From Nitrospirales bacterium (GTDB lineage: Bacteria; Nitrospirota; Nitrospiria; Nitrospirales; UBA8639), in assembly GCA_965203295.1 (NCBI GenBank), contig CBDBCZ010000009.1, forward strand, positions 32,001 to 96,000: a stretch of DNA of 64,000 nt, read 5' to 3'. This document shows, in pieces, positions 49,589-63,445 of this stretch. Made by a program: the position numbers and the translations under genes. The notes under the pieces were generated by a model. The model made no database searches. It was not told the DNA's origin and saw only the letters and a program-made list of their open reading frames with translations. The first letter of the stretch is position 1. Each line of letters opens with the position of its first letter.

Positions 49589-50110
49589 GTTCGAGCCCCA
49601 TATGGCACTCGCAGCCACAACCACAAGAGCCAGTTGCGAACCCCGGTCCCGGTGCCACTTCGGTCACAAGCACTCCCGTGGAGGTTGACGTCGTCCGTAC
49701 CGATTACCACCTTGACGGGACAACCGGTCATCCAACGCTGGTGATCGACCTCACCATGCCCACCTCCGTACAAGAGACTCCTGAGCCCCCGCTGCCCAGT
49801 GCTCCTCCCTGCCCCCCTCCTCCCCGGCTCCCTCCTCCCCATGCAGATCCTGCAGTGGCCATAGAAACGCCCACGGCCATGGAGTCGTAAGCATATAAAG
49901 ATTTTTGCATAATTACTCTTTACTGTGCGAAATCATCTCTGTACCTCCCATGCTTTTTCATGTCCATGCAACTACTCTCGTTTTCACTGCAGAAGCCCTC
50001 CCAGTTGTAGCCGACCCCGCCGGAAGAGTTGCGGCAGGCTCGGAAGGTGCGACGACAGCTGTTGCTGCTGCAGCTGGAGATTTGCAAAGTGGGGAGAAGG
50101 CGGCCAACCA
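49589..50110 (+). other. Two candidate orphan exons (49589-49886 and 49993-50110), Pro-rich then Cys-rich
   Basis: GC-rich blocks bounded by pyrimidine tract + AG and by GTAAGC / GTAAGT; spliced reading stays open: ..PPPHADPAVAIETPTAMES-SPPSCSRPRRKSCGRLGRCDDSCCCCSWRF.. Confidence 0.4.
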
Positions 50111-50969
50111 GTAAGTGGACTGCATACATGATAGCTAAATAATCGATTATGTGTACTGATACCCATAGTATGGCTAGATGAATTCTCCTAATATCATTGT
50201 GCATAGTTGCACTCTCTACAAGCGGCCGTTTCAACCAAACAAATTCAGAATATGCCTATTACTGTTCCTCAATTGAACGGCTTTGTTGGGCTCGAGTACA
50301 GTGCAACAAAATTTCGTTTCTGTCCCAATCAGATTTGGATTGTTACGGTCTAAACAAGGTGCATATCGGCAAAATCATGCCTGTACAGTGTCTTTTAACG
50401 GCACTTTAGAGTAGCCTTTCTTAAGCAATAGAACGACACTGTACATAGCCAATACCTCGAACATTTTCATAGTACTGCTGAAATTGAATTGCCTGTACGA
50501 TGTCTCTTAAAGGAACTTTAGAGTAACCTTTCTAACAGAAATGTAGTATGCTTTCAGTTGCTAGTAACTCATCTGAGACAGATCCTTCAGCAGTTTTTAA
50601 ACTGGATTAACGTAAAACAGTTAATAGTGTCCCCACTGTTCAGAGATTCTCTCAGTTGGCAGTACAATTCAAAAACGATCAAATCCAATACTAAATTTCA
50701 ACAGAATTTTCTGTTCGAAATTTTTTCTACCAATTTATCCATGCCTACGACACTGTACATAGCCAATACCTCGAACATTAAATTTCATAATTTGCTAAAA
50801 TTGAGGTTGGAATTGAAGAAGCTTAATTATCACGACTGTCCTCACAGTACTAATAGTTCAGTTGTGCATTGCTTCAGAGCTTCAAATTGAACTGGAGCCT
50901 AGAAATTAGGCACCATTAATTGATTAAACATCGTAATAGTTCTGGATATTCCGGATGTTCTGGATGTAA

Positions 50970-52830
50970 CAGTGTGTGGCTGCCAATCAGTAGCTTTACT
51001 GGAGCACACACACAGCAGCTGGAATGATCCACATTCAATTACATCCTAAGAGTTATTCTCTGGTGAATTCAATTACAGGAAAGCCATTACACATGTATGC
51101 ATTCTAATAATAGTCACTTGATGAGGTAATGCTATCACTGTAGTAATAGACACTGAATACCATGGCAAACTCCAGACTACCAATCAGACATACGTATTAG
51201 CCACCTTACAGCTTACAAGAAATTAAAGTAAGCCATCCATTAGCTCTTGAAGAGTCACAATTCATTACAGTCTGTAAATCTGGATATGACACGAGGCTTT
51301 TAGCACCCTCTTATTACACTGTTTGCATTATACACTGCTAATACCTGTGTGTGTGTGGGGGGGGGGGCTTATTAGGGAGAGAAAATAATAAAGAAAGGGC
51401 TGTGGCAGAGTTCTTGTCCATTATGTTATGAGTTACTGAGTTTATGGTTTGTTTAGCTGTATTATGCACACATGCCTGGTCCAGTGATGTGTGAGGTCCA
51501 CCATGGGCATATACATGCAGCTTATAGCTGTGACCTATCCCATCTGGTACCCTGTGGCTTAGTCTCATACCCAGATCCCATCCTAACTTTATTCTGATTT
51601 ATAGACACACCTCTTCAGGAATCACAGCAGATTAAAATTGTGTGTATGGGAGGTGTTTCTTGTTGAAACTAAAATTAAACTTTTCTTCAGTATCAGACTA
51701 AATCTAATTGGCTATGTAAAGCTACACTAAAAACACACTAGTTTATGTATTATGTCTGTAAACACTACAGCAGTTCACATCTTACAACCCTCCTGTTTTT
51801 ATTGAGACGTGCTCAGTGGGCACATGAGCATGTCTGTAGTATTGAGTTTAAGTGGACTTCGTGTAGAGCAATTAAGGAACATACACACTCACATTGATTT
51901 TTGGAGTGTGAGCAATTTGGGAAAACATTCTATGCATTAGTAGCATTGCAATGAAGTGGGTAATGGTTAGTCTGCACATCTTCCTCTCAGTTTGCCCTGT
52001 GGTGTCTGCTTCACTTAATAGTTCTGATTAGGATTGTACCACAGCTGTAGCTACATTACTTTTCCTGTAACTCAATTTATGAGAATATAAATGCTCTAGG
52101 ATAATGTTTGAGATTTAGACTAGTAACTGTATTACTTTTCCTGTAACTGGGTTCCTGAGAATAAAATTTACACGCACACACGCACACGCACACGCACACG
52201 CACACGCACACGCACACGCACACGCACACGCACACGCACACGCACACGCACACGCACACGCACACGCACACACCAATAGTGTGTGAGGTCCACATGGTCG
52301 TAATCATACCTGCAGCTAATTGCTGTGGTTTTTCCAATCAGGTGTCCTGTGTATATACCGGCTTAGTCTCATACCCAGATCCCATCCCTCACTAGATGGT
52401 CTGCCACCATTGCACTGGTAGCTCAGCCTTCATTAAACTCTTTCAGATAACTAATTTGAAATTTTGGGTGAAGCAGCGTGCTATGGGCTCAACAATCTCA
52501 GCTTGTGTACAACTGTTTTAGAGTGTGATTGTTGTGACTGGGACTTGCCTAGCTTATATACTCTAGGAATGGGATTAAAGTACCACCAAATAAATTTTAA
52601 GCTCCAGTAGAGAGAAGTGGACATATACAAATTATTAGCTGGCGCCACTGAAGATTAAAACAGTAGAGCATGTGGCTGGCGATTTCTTTCATCAGTAGCT
52701 TTACTAGAGCACACACAGCAGCTGGAATGATACACATTCCTAAGATATTTATTCTCATGAATTTTAGCCACCTTACAGCGTACAAGAAATTAAAGTAAAG
52801 CCACCCAGTAGCTCTTGTGGTATATTAACC
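50970..52830. repeat. Segmental duplication of about 60040-62490 (upstream region of gene H), including a (CACACG)n tract at 52170-52272 / 61262-61453
   Basis: Long near-identical stretches, e.g. 51270-51772 = 60332-60842 and 51965-52550 = 61036-61748. Confidence 0.85.
52500..52765 (-). promoter_or_regulatory. Orphan family promoter and 5'UTR with no downstream CDS
   Basis: TTATATA at 52554-52560, 'gttgtgactggga' and 'cagcttgtgt' as upstream of gene H, then unrelated sequence. Similar orphans at 60841-61032 and 61693-62400. Confidence 0.6.
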
Positions 52831-52915
52831 CTTTACCAACCATAAGAAACAGCTTAAAGAAGCAGAAAAGCCTTGTCCAACCTCCTCTGGACATTAGTAG
52901 AACCTACCTGTAGTA

Positions 52916-53665
52916 CCGTATAGCCGGAAAATTTGGCGAGAATTAAATTTGGCGAAATTGCCAAAAACGGCTAAAATTAAATATTGGCGAAATTTAAATC
53001 TGGCGATTGTGTACGGCGAAGGCTATGACGTAATCCTAGGCGCACAACGTGCATTGCTGCGCTGCTGAACATGTAAAGTTCTTTGTCCCTGAGGTTGAGA
53101 ATGGAGACGTTTGAAGTAGAAAGCTGTGTTTGAGGCCATCATTTTTTTTAAAGAGCTAAACTGCGTTTGTCAGCGAGGACCCGTATGCTGTGGCTGTGAT
53201 GCGTATAAGCGCTGTTGTAGGCCTTTATACTATCTAGAAACTTCGAGAAGTGTGTAGCGGCCTTTGTCGCTGTGTTGTCGGCGGCATACTTTCGTACCCT
53301 TTCTTCTGGTGTGTAAGCATTATACTTGCCTCGATGTGACTGTGACAGGCTTCGAGTCACCAGATAGAGAGTGCTTCACAGCTTTGTTCGCAAGTTTGAT
53401 CCCGGACAGAAAGGAATCTGCACACGCATGTGTAGTGTGAAGAACAACTCCTTCTATTTGAAGTACTTGTACAACGCCATGAATCACTCTTTACGCGTGT
53501 ATAGCTAGCAGCTACGTAGCTGTAGAGATACATGTATGTGCACGTGGGTGTTACGTATTACATAATGCGTGAGAATTTACTTTGGCGAGAATTTAATTTG
53601 GCAATTTTTTACGATTCGCCAAACCGCCAAATTAAAGTCCTCGCCAAATTTTCCCGGCTATACGG
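52916..53665. mobile_element. Second copy of the pogo/HIRAN element (part of duplication ~20070-21320 = ~52875-54140)
   Basis: Same TIRs, TA flanks and shared flanking DNA; ORF track shows RGKYNAYTPEERVRKYAADNTATKAATHFSKFLD. Confidence 0.85.
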
Positions 53666-55778
53666 TATACTGTTTACATTGTACCCGGCTTTTGCCATGG
53701 CTACTGTATATTACATTTCCTGTTGCAGGTGATTAGGTAAGCTGTGCAGGTGGTATCCTTGTTCACAATACAGTGAAGTAATCATGCACTCAGGTAGTTG
53801 TGTATGAGGTGAATAGAGGGCATTGCGGGGTGAGTGGGCAGGTGTATGCAACCGAGATTTGTTCTAGCCAATGTGGTTCATGTGCGGGATATGAGCCCAT
53901 GTAACATTTAGCCAATCATCATAGAGTACGGTAGTAGCCTCGTTCCCAGGCCTGTGACTTTTCAGTCACACAAATATTGTCACAGGGCCTGGGATCTAAA
54001 GTCAGTTGCATGAGGCCAAGAGTAGAAAGGTAGTTTATATTTCCATAGTAACAAATTTTGTAATTAACAATTGTTAATTACAAAATTTGCAGCTGGGAAA
54101 TATAAACTCCGCACTAGAAACAGGTCATTGCTCAGTCACTATAAAATAAGCAGCATTAATAAAGGGATGGAAATTTGACAAAAAAAATATAACACCCACT
54201 TGTAGGTTAGACTCCTACAGATATACATGTATTCAAACACCTAGAACTACAGTAACCACCAAGCATGATTCCACAGTAAAATAAATTAGCAATTGTTGTT
54301 AATTACAAAATTTGCAGCTGTGGAATGTAAACTCAGTCACTATAAAATAATCAACATTAACAAAGGAGCGAAAAATAACACTTTGTAGGTCAGACTGTAC
54401 CATGTATTTAACTAATTGCATTACACTTATTGTACACATGCATGAAACTGCAACAGAGATTACCCTAGAGTAAAAAGCTAGTTGATTCCACAGTAAAATA
54501 AATTTTGTAATTAGAAATTATTGTTCTTTACAAAATTTGCAGCTGCGGAATGTAAACTCCACAAGAATCAAATCATTGCTCAGTCACTATAAAATAGTCA
54601 ACATTAACAAAGGAGTGAATAATCTAGCGAAAAATAACAATTTGTAGGTCAGACTGTACCATGTAACTAGCTGGGTTAAAGTAATCCATTTTTTACAATG
54701 TGAGGAGAATAACTCTAAACAAGACATTGCAGCTTACTACATAAACCTGTTTTGACTGTTGGCGGCTATACTGTAGTTCGGGATGTATGAGTACATGTAT
54801 GTAAAACATCAGTTGACATTGTATGCTAATGATATCGAGAAACATGTCGTATCCTTAACAAATACACATTTGCACTAACAGAAGGTTGCAAAGCAAACTG
54901 TAGAATGGGCTGGGGAGATGGAGGGGTTTGAGATATAACTCCTCCAAATCCCTAGCTCATACTCCCAGTCTGATGGACAGGTCCACAATAAATGCATTCT
55001 TACTAACCTCTCCCTTGTTGTTACAATAATACAGTCTAGTCCATGAATGAAGCAATAGCTAACACACAATATATTTTTATAAGGCGCACAAGTGGACTGC
55101 ACCCAAGCATGATACATGGTTAAACTGCAAGACGTTTCTAGCACTGATATCTCTACTTATACTGAAGCTACATATACGTAAATAATAACCTGGAAACTGT
55201 AGTAAGCCTCCCTTGGTAAAAATATATGGTGAACTTGTCCAGATCTCTGCCCCTTAACTCTTCATAGAAAGTGAGAATAGAAAAACCCTACATGTCTTCG
55301 TATAGTTTTCATCCAAGGATTACATAGTATAAGTTACGTCCCTCTGTGACCCCTCCTTCCATCTATTCTGTCCAAAAAATGAGCACAATAATTTTTATGT
55401 ACATACTTGATTTATAATATTATGGTACCGACAGGGAACAGTCAATCACATAATATTCCTTGTACAAGTAATAATATACAGTACATTGTATGAGAATGGA
55501 GTGTGTAGAAATTCACTTCCAGCCATAGTTGAGCCTACTCTAGCTGTTGCCTGGTCAGAATATCTGAAAAACCGTACCGTTCCTCCTCTGCACACTCTTA
55601 TAATTAATTTCCATGCACTACAGGGTACCCTGTCGTTGCCATGGCTATTGCGCGGAAACTTCCTGTTATTGCTATCCTAATCAGGTGGCTTTGAGTGAAG
55701 AGGTTGTATGCTGGCTCACAATAATATAATGTGCTCAGGTAGTTCGCAGGGTATCTGCGTATGGTGGGATCATGCAGT

Positions 55779-55957
55779 GTCTCCAGTTGCTCCTCAGGAG
55801 GACAGACCTGCCTCCCTCCCTCCAGTACTGTAGCAGAGTAACTCACTGGTAGTGAGCTGTTGTCATGCTGGCTAGTCACACCTTCCTGGCATGAAGTGAG
55901 CTGAAGTTCAGCAGCTAGAATGAGTGCAAGAACTGCGTACAAAGTATTCCTACTCAT
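55779..55957 (-). pseudogene. Secreted family fragment G (promoter, signal peptide and ~60 codons)
   Basis: MSRNTLYAVLALILAAELQLTSC..CPPEEQLE then homology ends; the upstream ~950 bp duplicates that of copy F. Confidence 0.85.
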
Positions 55958-56392
55958 TTTGGCTAAACAGCTTGAGTGTGATCATTTTGAGTGGGACATG
56001 CCTTATATACTCTAAGAATGGACAAATTAAGGCACATTCCAGTGGAGAGAGGTGGACATGTACAAATCATTAGCTGGTGCCACTGAAGATTAAAACAATA
56101 CAGTGTATATATGGCGGGCAATTTCTGTGTTAAATAGCTTTATTATAGCACACACACAGCAGCTGGGATGATACACATTCCAGACATCCTGAGATAAGCG
56201 GGAATTCAGTTACAGGAAAGCCACTATGCATTCTAAAATAGTCACTTGATGAGGTAATGCAGCATTCTACCTATCACTGCACTGTAGTAATAGGCACTGA
56301 ATGCCATGGCAAATGTCAGAGTATTAGCCACCTTGCAGCTTAAACCTAATGCCACCCATCAGCTCCTGATATAGTAAATTGCATGGAGAAAT

Positions 56393-56523
56393 TAACCTCA
56401 TTCCCAGGCTCCACCCCCCCCCCCTCCCCAGTGTTTTATCACAAAGTGCTCAAGATTTTTATGGTGAAGTGTATAAAAATGTTTTGAAAAAAAAGCTGGG
56501 GGTGGAGCCTGGGAACGAGGCTA
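56393..56523. mobile_element. TAGCCTCGTTCCCAGG-family MITE
   Basis: TAACCTCATTCCCAGGCTCCACCCCC ... GGGGGTGGAGCCTGGGAACGAGGCTA; absent from the paralogous region at about 46925. Confidence 0.8.
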
Positions 56524-57404
56524 TTGAGAAGCCTCAATTCATTATTGTTTGCATAAATTGCCAATCTGGACAAGGCACGAGACTAATCGAGAAAAGGGAC
56601 AAGAATTGCAAACTATGCTTCTAACAACCTTGTGTTGTTGGCCACATGGCATGGTGAATTAATGAAAACATGTGACTGATATATAATGATGTTTTCGATA
56701 GGAACGTACAATTTAATGTTAACGCAACAGCAGTTTACATTTTAGTATATCATAGCCCACCTGTCATTAAGTGATATTGTTGAGATGTGCTCAGTTGGCA
56801 CGTAAGTATGTCTGTAGTAATGAGTTTTAGTGGCTTCATGTAGAGCAGTTAAGGAACACACACACTCACGTCCATCTTTCATGACTTGGGAATACGACTG
56901 CCGTGCATGCACTTGCACACATTCACCCCACAGTCATGCTCGACACTGCCCTACATTCACCTCGTACACAACTACTTGAGTGTATGATTACTTCATCGTA
57001 TTGTGAACAACCTACTCAGCCTGCCCACTCAATGCATCCTAATTAGCTGAGGATGGGATTGCAATATCAGGAAATCCCTACACAATATCCATGGCAACAA
57101 CAGGGGATACCATGTCAGTGGGAAGTTATAAGCACACACATCCATAATGTAATAGGTGAAGAGAGTTTCAGATAGGAGAATGATATTCAGGCAGAAGCTA
57201 TAGGTATAACTAGATTACTTAGCAGAAATACTATGACCAGAGGTGAACTTTGACACACTCCATGGTCACATAATGTACTGTAAACTTGATCGCCTAATAA
57301 TTGGCTTCATACGTATCTGAAAGCACTTGTACAGGCAAGAGGTTTATATGAGATGGACACTCAGGGGTAGGGTCAACCACACTTCCTTTTTTTTACTGTG
57401 CTCA

Positions 57405-57781
<377 letters not shown>

Positions 57782-58783
57782 TTTTGGATGGTTCTGTATA
57801 AGAAACTGTAATATGGATGGGCTATAGCTGTAGACTTTTTTGTGTGCATGTGTATGCAGTAACCTAGTTTAATTAATTAACTAGCTGCTCTCTGATCAGA
57901 ATATCGTATTCGTGTTGAAAAATATCAGGCCCATTGGAGCTCCAGTGAACGTTAGTGAGCACTACAGCAATGCACATCTTGCAACCCACCTGTCTTGTCC
58001 AGACATCCTCAGTGGAAACATGAGTATGTCTGTATGGTAATGACTTATTCGTTAAGTGGCTTCTTGTAGAGCAATTAAAGAACACACATTCACGTTGGTT
58101 TATGGAGTATGAGCAACTTGGGAATACGTGCATTCTATAAATTCTCATCTTCGCAATGAAATCACGAAAATAGTTTAGAGATGTCCCAATAGCAAAAAAT
58201 TGATTGGTGCTCTCTTCAGCAGCAATTAGTAGCCAGGAAAGCAGATACAGGCCAGACTACACACCTTGTTGCCATAGCTTCATATCCTGTGGCTAATTAT
58301 AAGTACCCGACTCCTACACACACATGCCAGTGTATTAATAGTGTTTGCAGGCTACGACATTTAGCTATAAGTTGTGGAAATATTATCACAGAATTGATTG
58401 GTACGGTACTCTCTCTTCCGTAAACCCACTGTTATGCAATATTTGAAATTGTTACATACCTAAGGATACCTATGACCAAATGTGTATTTACGTAAGAAAA
58501 GCTTCCGCATCTTGATTTTAGAACTTTTTTGCTTGAAAAAATGACAAACAAGAGAAACAGCTACACCAACAAATAGGTTGACACTAGTAACTATCACAGA
58601 CGGCAGTATAAAACCAAGGGACTGTAAATAAAAATATTTAGCCAAGGGCCAGCCCAACCCATGACAGGGAAAAAACTATGGTGGACAGAAAAAACTATAA
58701 GTCACCTAAAAAAATAACTCACCATAGAAAAACCCAAAATATAAGACTGCAACACACTACTACATTTAATTTACAACAAGTAA

Positions 58784-59881
58784 TTATTGCACAAAAATCT
58801 CAATCAGTTCAATGGGAGTGTCCTCATAACCGATCCCCTCATCGCCACATATTCTCAATTCAATATCGTCACTTGTAGGCTCAGGTAGAATTTTGCAAAA
58901 GTAGGGTGGATCATTCAGCTCGCAGCAAGTGCTTCCTGACCCACAGTCCTCTCCATCCCAGAGTGGGTCACCATCAGGGTAAAATAGACCCAATAGACTC
59001 CAATCACCAGTAATTCCAGTCTCACAGAAGTAGTCCTGCCCCACGAAGGATGGAATGGATTGCGTACTTTGACTACTGGTGCAGGGACAGACCCACTGAG
59101 AACTCGAACCAACATCCAGCTCCGTGATTGAAGCAGCAAATGTCCAAACATGCTCTTTCTCTGTTCCACGTGTGATAACCACTCCATCCACATAGGGGTC
59201 CTCTATTCTAGTGAAGCGTGAGAGGGTGTAGGTCCAAAATGCATCAGGGTGCCCAAGCTGGTAGCCTATTATTCTGCCACAAATACGAGAAAATGAGATG
59301 TTGTAAGTACTGAAAGAGACGGAGCTACAGCCACCAGATCCAAGGTTAGAAGAACCAGGATTTGTCACAGTTTCGTTGGTTCTTCCACACACTCTCACTG
59401 GCGCTGTGATCTCCCTCCATGCTGGTGGGCACTGGTGGGTAGGGTCAGTCATGTTGAGGTAGGCCACACGAGACCATCCTCCAACACTAGCACTGCTACA
59501 ACTACACTCCCTGGTCATGTCACAATAGACCCGAACAGCTGTTCCATTAGAGCTTGCGATCCAGTAGTGCTCTGACGGGAGTTGGGGGTCGCACTGTGAC
59601 ACTTCAAGACAGGATGAGGCTGGATTCTCCTGGACTTGACCTGGACAAAGGATATTATTGCGAATAGTGTTCAAAATTTCTTGATCAATTTCAGCTCTGG
59701 CCATCTCCAGTTGCTCCTCAGGAGGACAGACCTGCCCCCCTCCCTCCAGTACTGTAGTAGAGTAACTCACTGGTAGTGAGCTGTTGTCATGCTGGCTAGT
59801 CACACCTTCCTGGCATGAAGTGAGCTGAAGTTCAGCGGCTAGAATGAGTGCAAGAACTGTGTACAAAACTTTACTACTCAT
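58784..59881 (-). CDS. Secreted family copy H (intact)
   Basis: MSSKVLYTVLALILAAELQLTSC... IEIFVQ*; TATA at 59943-59949. Confidence 0.9.
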   Translation of the reverse strand: MSSKVLYTVLALILAAELQLTSCQEGVTSQHDNSSLPVSYSTTVLEGGGQVCPPEEQLEMARAEIDQEILNTIRNNILCPGQVQENPASSCLEVSQCDPQLPSEHYWIASSNGTAVRVYCDMTRECSCSSASVGGWSRVAYLNMTDPTHQCPPAWREITAPVRVCGRTNETVTNPGSSNLGSGGCSSVSFSTYNISFSRICGRIIGYQLGHPDAFWTYTLSRFTRIEDPYVDGVVITRGTEKEHVWTFAASITELDVGSSSQWVCPCTSSQSTQSIPSFVGQDYFCETGITGDWSLLGLFYPDGDPLWDGEDCGSGSTCCELNDPPYFCKILPEPTSDDIELRICGDEGIGYEDTPIELIEIFVQ

Positions 59882-61757
59882 TGTGGCCAAACAGCTTGTG
59901 TCCAATTATGTGAGAATGTGATCGTTGTGACTGGGACGTGCCTTATATACTCTAGAAATGGGATATAAAGTACCAAATTAAGACACGTTCCAGTGGAGAG
60001 AGGAGGACATGTACAAATTAATTGATGGTGCCACTGAATACAGTACAGTGTGTGGCTGGCAATTTATTTAATAAGTATTTAATAAGTAGCTTTACAGGAG
60101 CACACACACAGCAGCTGGAATGATACACATTCAATTGCAAGAAATGCATTATGCATTCTAATAATAGTCACTTGATGAGGTAATGCTATTACTGTAGTAA
60201 TAAGCACTGAATGCCATGGCAAACTCCAGACTACCAATCAGACATACATATTAGCCACCTTACAGCAAGAAATTAAACTAAGCCACGCATTAGCTCTTGA
60301 CATATTTTAAACTGCATTGAGGAGTCACAATTCATTACAGTCTGTAAATCTGGATATGACACGAGGCTTTTAGCACCCTCTTATTACACTGTTTGCATTA
60401 TACACTGCTAATACCTGTGTGTGTGTGGGGGGGGGGTTATTAGGGAGAGAAAATAATAAAGAAAGGGCTGTGGCAGAGTTCTTGTCCATTACGTTATGAG
60501 TTACTGAGTTTATAGTTTGATTAGCTGTATTATGCACACATGCCTGGCCCAGTGATGTGTGAGGTCCACCATGGGCATATACATGCAGCTTATAGCTGTG
60601 ACCTATCCCATCTGGTACCCTGTGGCTTTGTCTCATACCCAGATCCCAACCCTAACTTTATTCTGATTTATAGACACACCTCCTCAGGAATCACAGCAGA
60701 TTAAAATTGTGTGTATGGGAGGTGTTTCTTGTTGAAACTAAAATTAAACTTTTCTTCAGTATCAGACTAAATCTAATTGGCTATGTAAAGCCACACTAAA
60801 AACACACAAGTTTATATATTATGTCTGTAAACACTACAGCAGTGTGATCGTTGTGACTGGGACATTCCTTGTATACTGTAAGAATGGGATGTAAAGTACC
60901 AAATTAAGACACGTTCCAGTAGAGAGAGGAGGACATGTACAAATTAATGGATGGTGCCACTGAATACAATACAGTGTGTGGCTGGCAATTTATTTAATCA
61001 GTAGCTTTACTGGAGCACACACACAGCAGCTGAAGTGGTTAGTCTGCACATCTCCCTCTCAGTCTGCCCTGTGGCGTCTGCTTCACTTAATAGTTCTGAT
61101 TAGCATGGTACCACAGCTGTAAATAGCTACATTACTTTTCCTGTAACTGAATTACTTTTCCTGTAACTCAATTTATGAGAATATAAATGCTCTAAGATAA
61201 TGTTTGAGATTTAGTGTATTATTTTTCCTGTAACTGGGTTCCTGAGAATAAAATTTACACCCACACGCACACGCACGCGCACGCGCACGCGCACACGCAC
61301 ACGCACACGCACACGCACACGCACACGCACACGCACACGCACACGCACACGCACACGCACACGCACACGCACACGCACACGCACACGCACACGCACACGC
61401 ACACGCACACGCACACGCACACGCACACGCACACGCACACGCACACACGCACACATACATACACCAATAGTGTGTGAGGTCCACATGGTCATGATCATAT
61501 GTGCAGCTAATTGCTGTGGTTTTCCCCATCTGGTGTCCTGTGTATATACCGGCTTAGTCTCATACCCAGATCCCATCCCTCACTAGATGGTCTGCCAATT
61601 AACATTGCACTGGTAGCTCAGCCTTCATTAAACTCTTTCAGATAATTAAGTAGAAATTTTGAGTGAAGTAACGTGCTATGGGCTCAACAATCTCAGCTTG
61701 TGTCCAACTGTTTTAGAGTGTGATTGTTGTGACTGGGACTTGCCTAGCTACTCTAGG

Positions 61758-62101
61758 TATAGGATATACCACGTCTACGAGGAATATAAACGCAGATAAA
61801 CTCCGCTAGACAGTTTACCCGAGGCGTAGCCGAGGGTAAACCGTCTAGCGGAGTTTATCGCGTTTATACTCCGATTAGGTGTGGTATGTCCGGCTTATAT
61901 CACAGGCGGCCAATCGCTTCTTGCCGTTTGTCATCGCCATAGTTACCATTCAGTAGTATTCATTTATTACGTAAACAAAAAACACGCTAACAAACATGAA
62001 AACACGCATGGAAAACATGAAAACAAAATAGTAGTATAAACACCTTTATACTCCTCTCTGTAGCCAATGAATTTCACCAAAAGTGATGTAATGTGATATA
62101 A
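61758..62101. mobile_element. Unclassified hairpin insertion in an orphan promoter
   Basis: ~120-bp imperfect hairpin (61766-61886) centred on CCGAGGCGTAGCCGAGG; TTATATCACA/TGTGATATAA inverted pair; absent at the paralogous site 52560-52572. Confidence 0.7.
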
Positions 62102-63055
62102 GAATGGGATTAAAGTACCACCAAATAAATTTTAAACTACAGTAGAGAGAAGTGGACATGTACAAATTATTAGCCGGCGCCACTGAAGATTAAAACAGTA
62201 GAGCATGTGGCTGGCAATTTCTTTCATCAGTAGCTTTACTAGAGCACACACAGCAGCTGGAATGGTACACATTCCTAAGATATTTATTCTCATGAATTCA
62301 ATTACAGGAAAGCCACTACAAATTCTAATAATAGTCACTTGATGAGGTAGTGCACCATACCTATCACTGTAGTAATTATAGGCACTGAATGCCATGGCAA
62401 ACTCTAGACTACCAATCAGACATATTAGCCACCTTACAGCTTACAAGAAATTAAAGTTAAGCCACCCAGTATCTCTTGTGGTATATTAAACTGCATTGAG
62501 GAGTCACAGTCTGTACACTGCCAATCTGGATATGTCACGAGGACTGAAGGAAGGACAAGAGTTACATACTACACTTCAGCTTATTTGTAAACCACACTGG
62601 GTTGTTGGCTACATGGCCATGGCCATGATGAAATACCATTACCTGATTAGCTACAACAGGAAATTCCTATACAGTAGTCATAGCAACAACATGGTACACT
62701 GTAAATAGAACAGTTAGGCGCTGGTGAGGTATAATGAAAATAGTGGAAATAGCAGAGTGATTTCATTGAACTTTCTTATTGTCTTTACATTCCATGTCAC
62801 AGCACCTGTTACCAGTGTCCTAATTTAGGGGTCTCAGTTAGAATCAATGAAAATAGTGTGGGAGGTGTTCTTGATTACCTACCTCATGATGGGTTTAACA
62901 TAGAACTGAGGTGTCTCCGCTCTTGTTCATCGTGGCATTCCATCCATCACACTTCTACATTTGTTCTTGGCCGTTATAATAGGGACTTTGCACAGTACAC
63001 AGTACAAGTGTGTGTTTGGTGTGATGTCATATATTCCACTCCCACCCTCATGCAG

Positions 63056-63165
63056 GGAGGAAGACGAAGACCTCTACCTCGACCAGATCAGCAAGACCTT
63101 TGACCCCGGCCAGGAGTCACTGCTGTCGGCAGCACACTTTGCTCAGACTGGGAGCAGCGTACCAG
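63056..63165 (+). other. Candidate 110-bp coding exon of an unidentified gene
   Basis: TGCAG|..EEDEDLYLDQISKTFDPGQESLLSAAHFAQTGSSVP..|GTCAGT; open frame; no neighbouring exons recognised. Confidence 0.45.
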
Positions 63166-63380
63166 GTCAGTGGCTGCTAGTGTACCACTGGGTACCCCAA
63201 AGGCTATACCTCACAGATGCATTCATTGAGTGTGTACTCCTGTAATAGTGTATATGTTCACAGCTGTATGTTATTATTAAATTCTTGGCAGATTCAAAGC
63301 CACTTATGTTGTGTATAGTTTGTAGGACAAACCAGAAGGTAGAAGTTTTTTTATGCTGTCAGTGACTCTCATGCATAGTT

Positions 63381-63445
<65 letters not shown>

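Noticed and set aside
54050..54665. Three ~230-bp degenerate tandem units
   Set aside because: Local duplication of an AT-rich repeat fragment also seen at about 21230 and 42290; no coding or structural signal.
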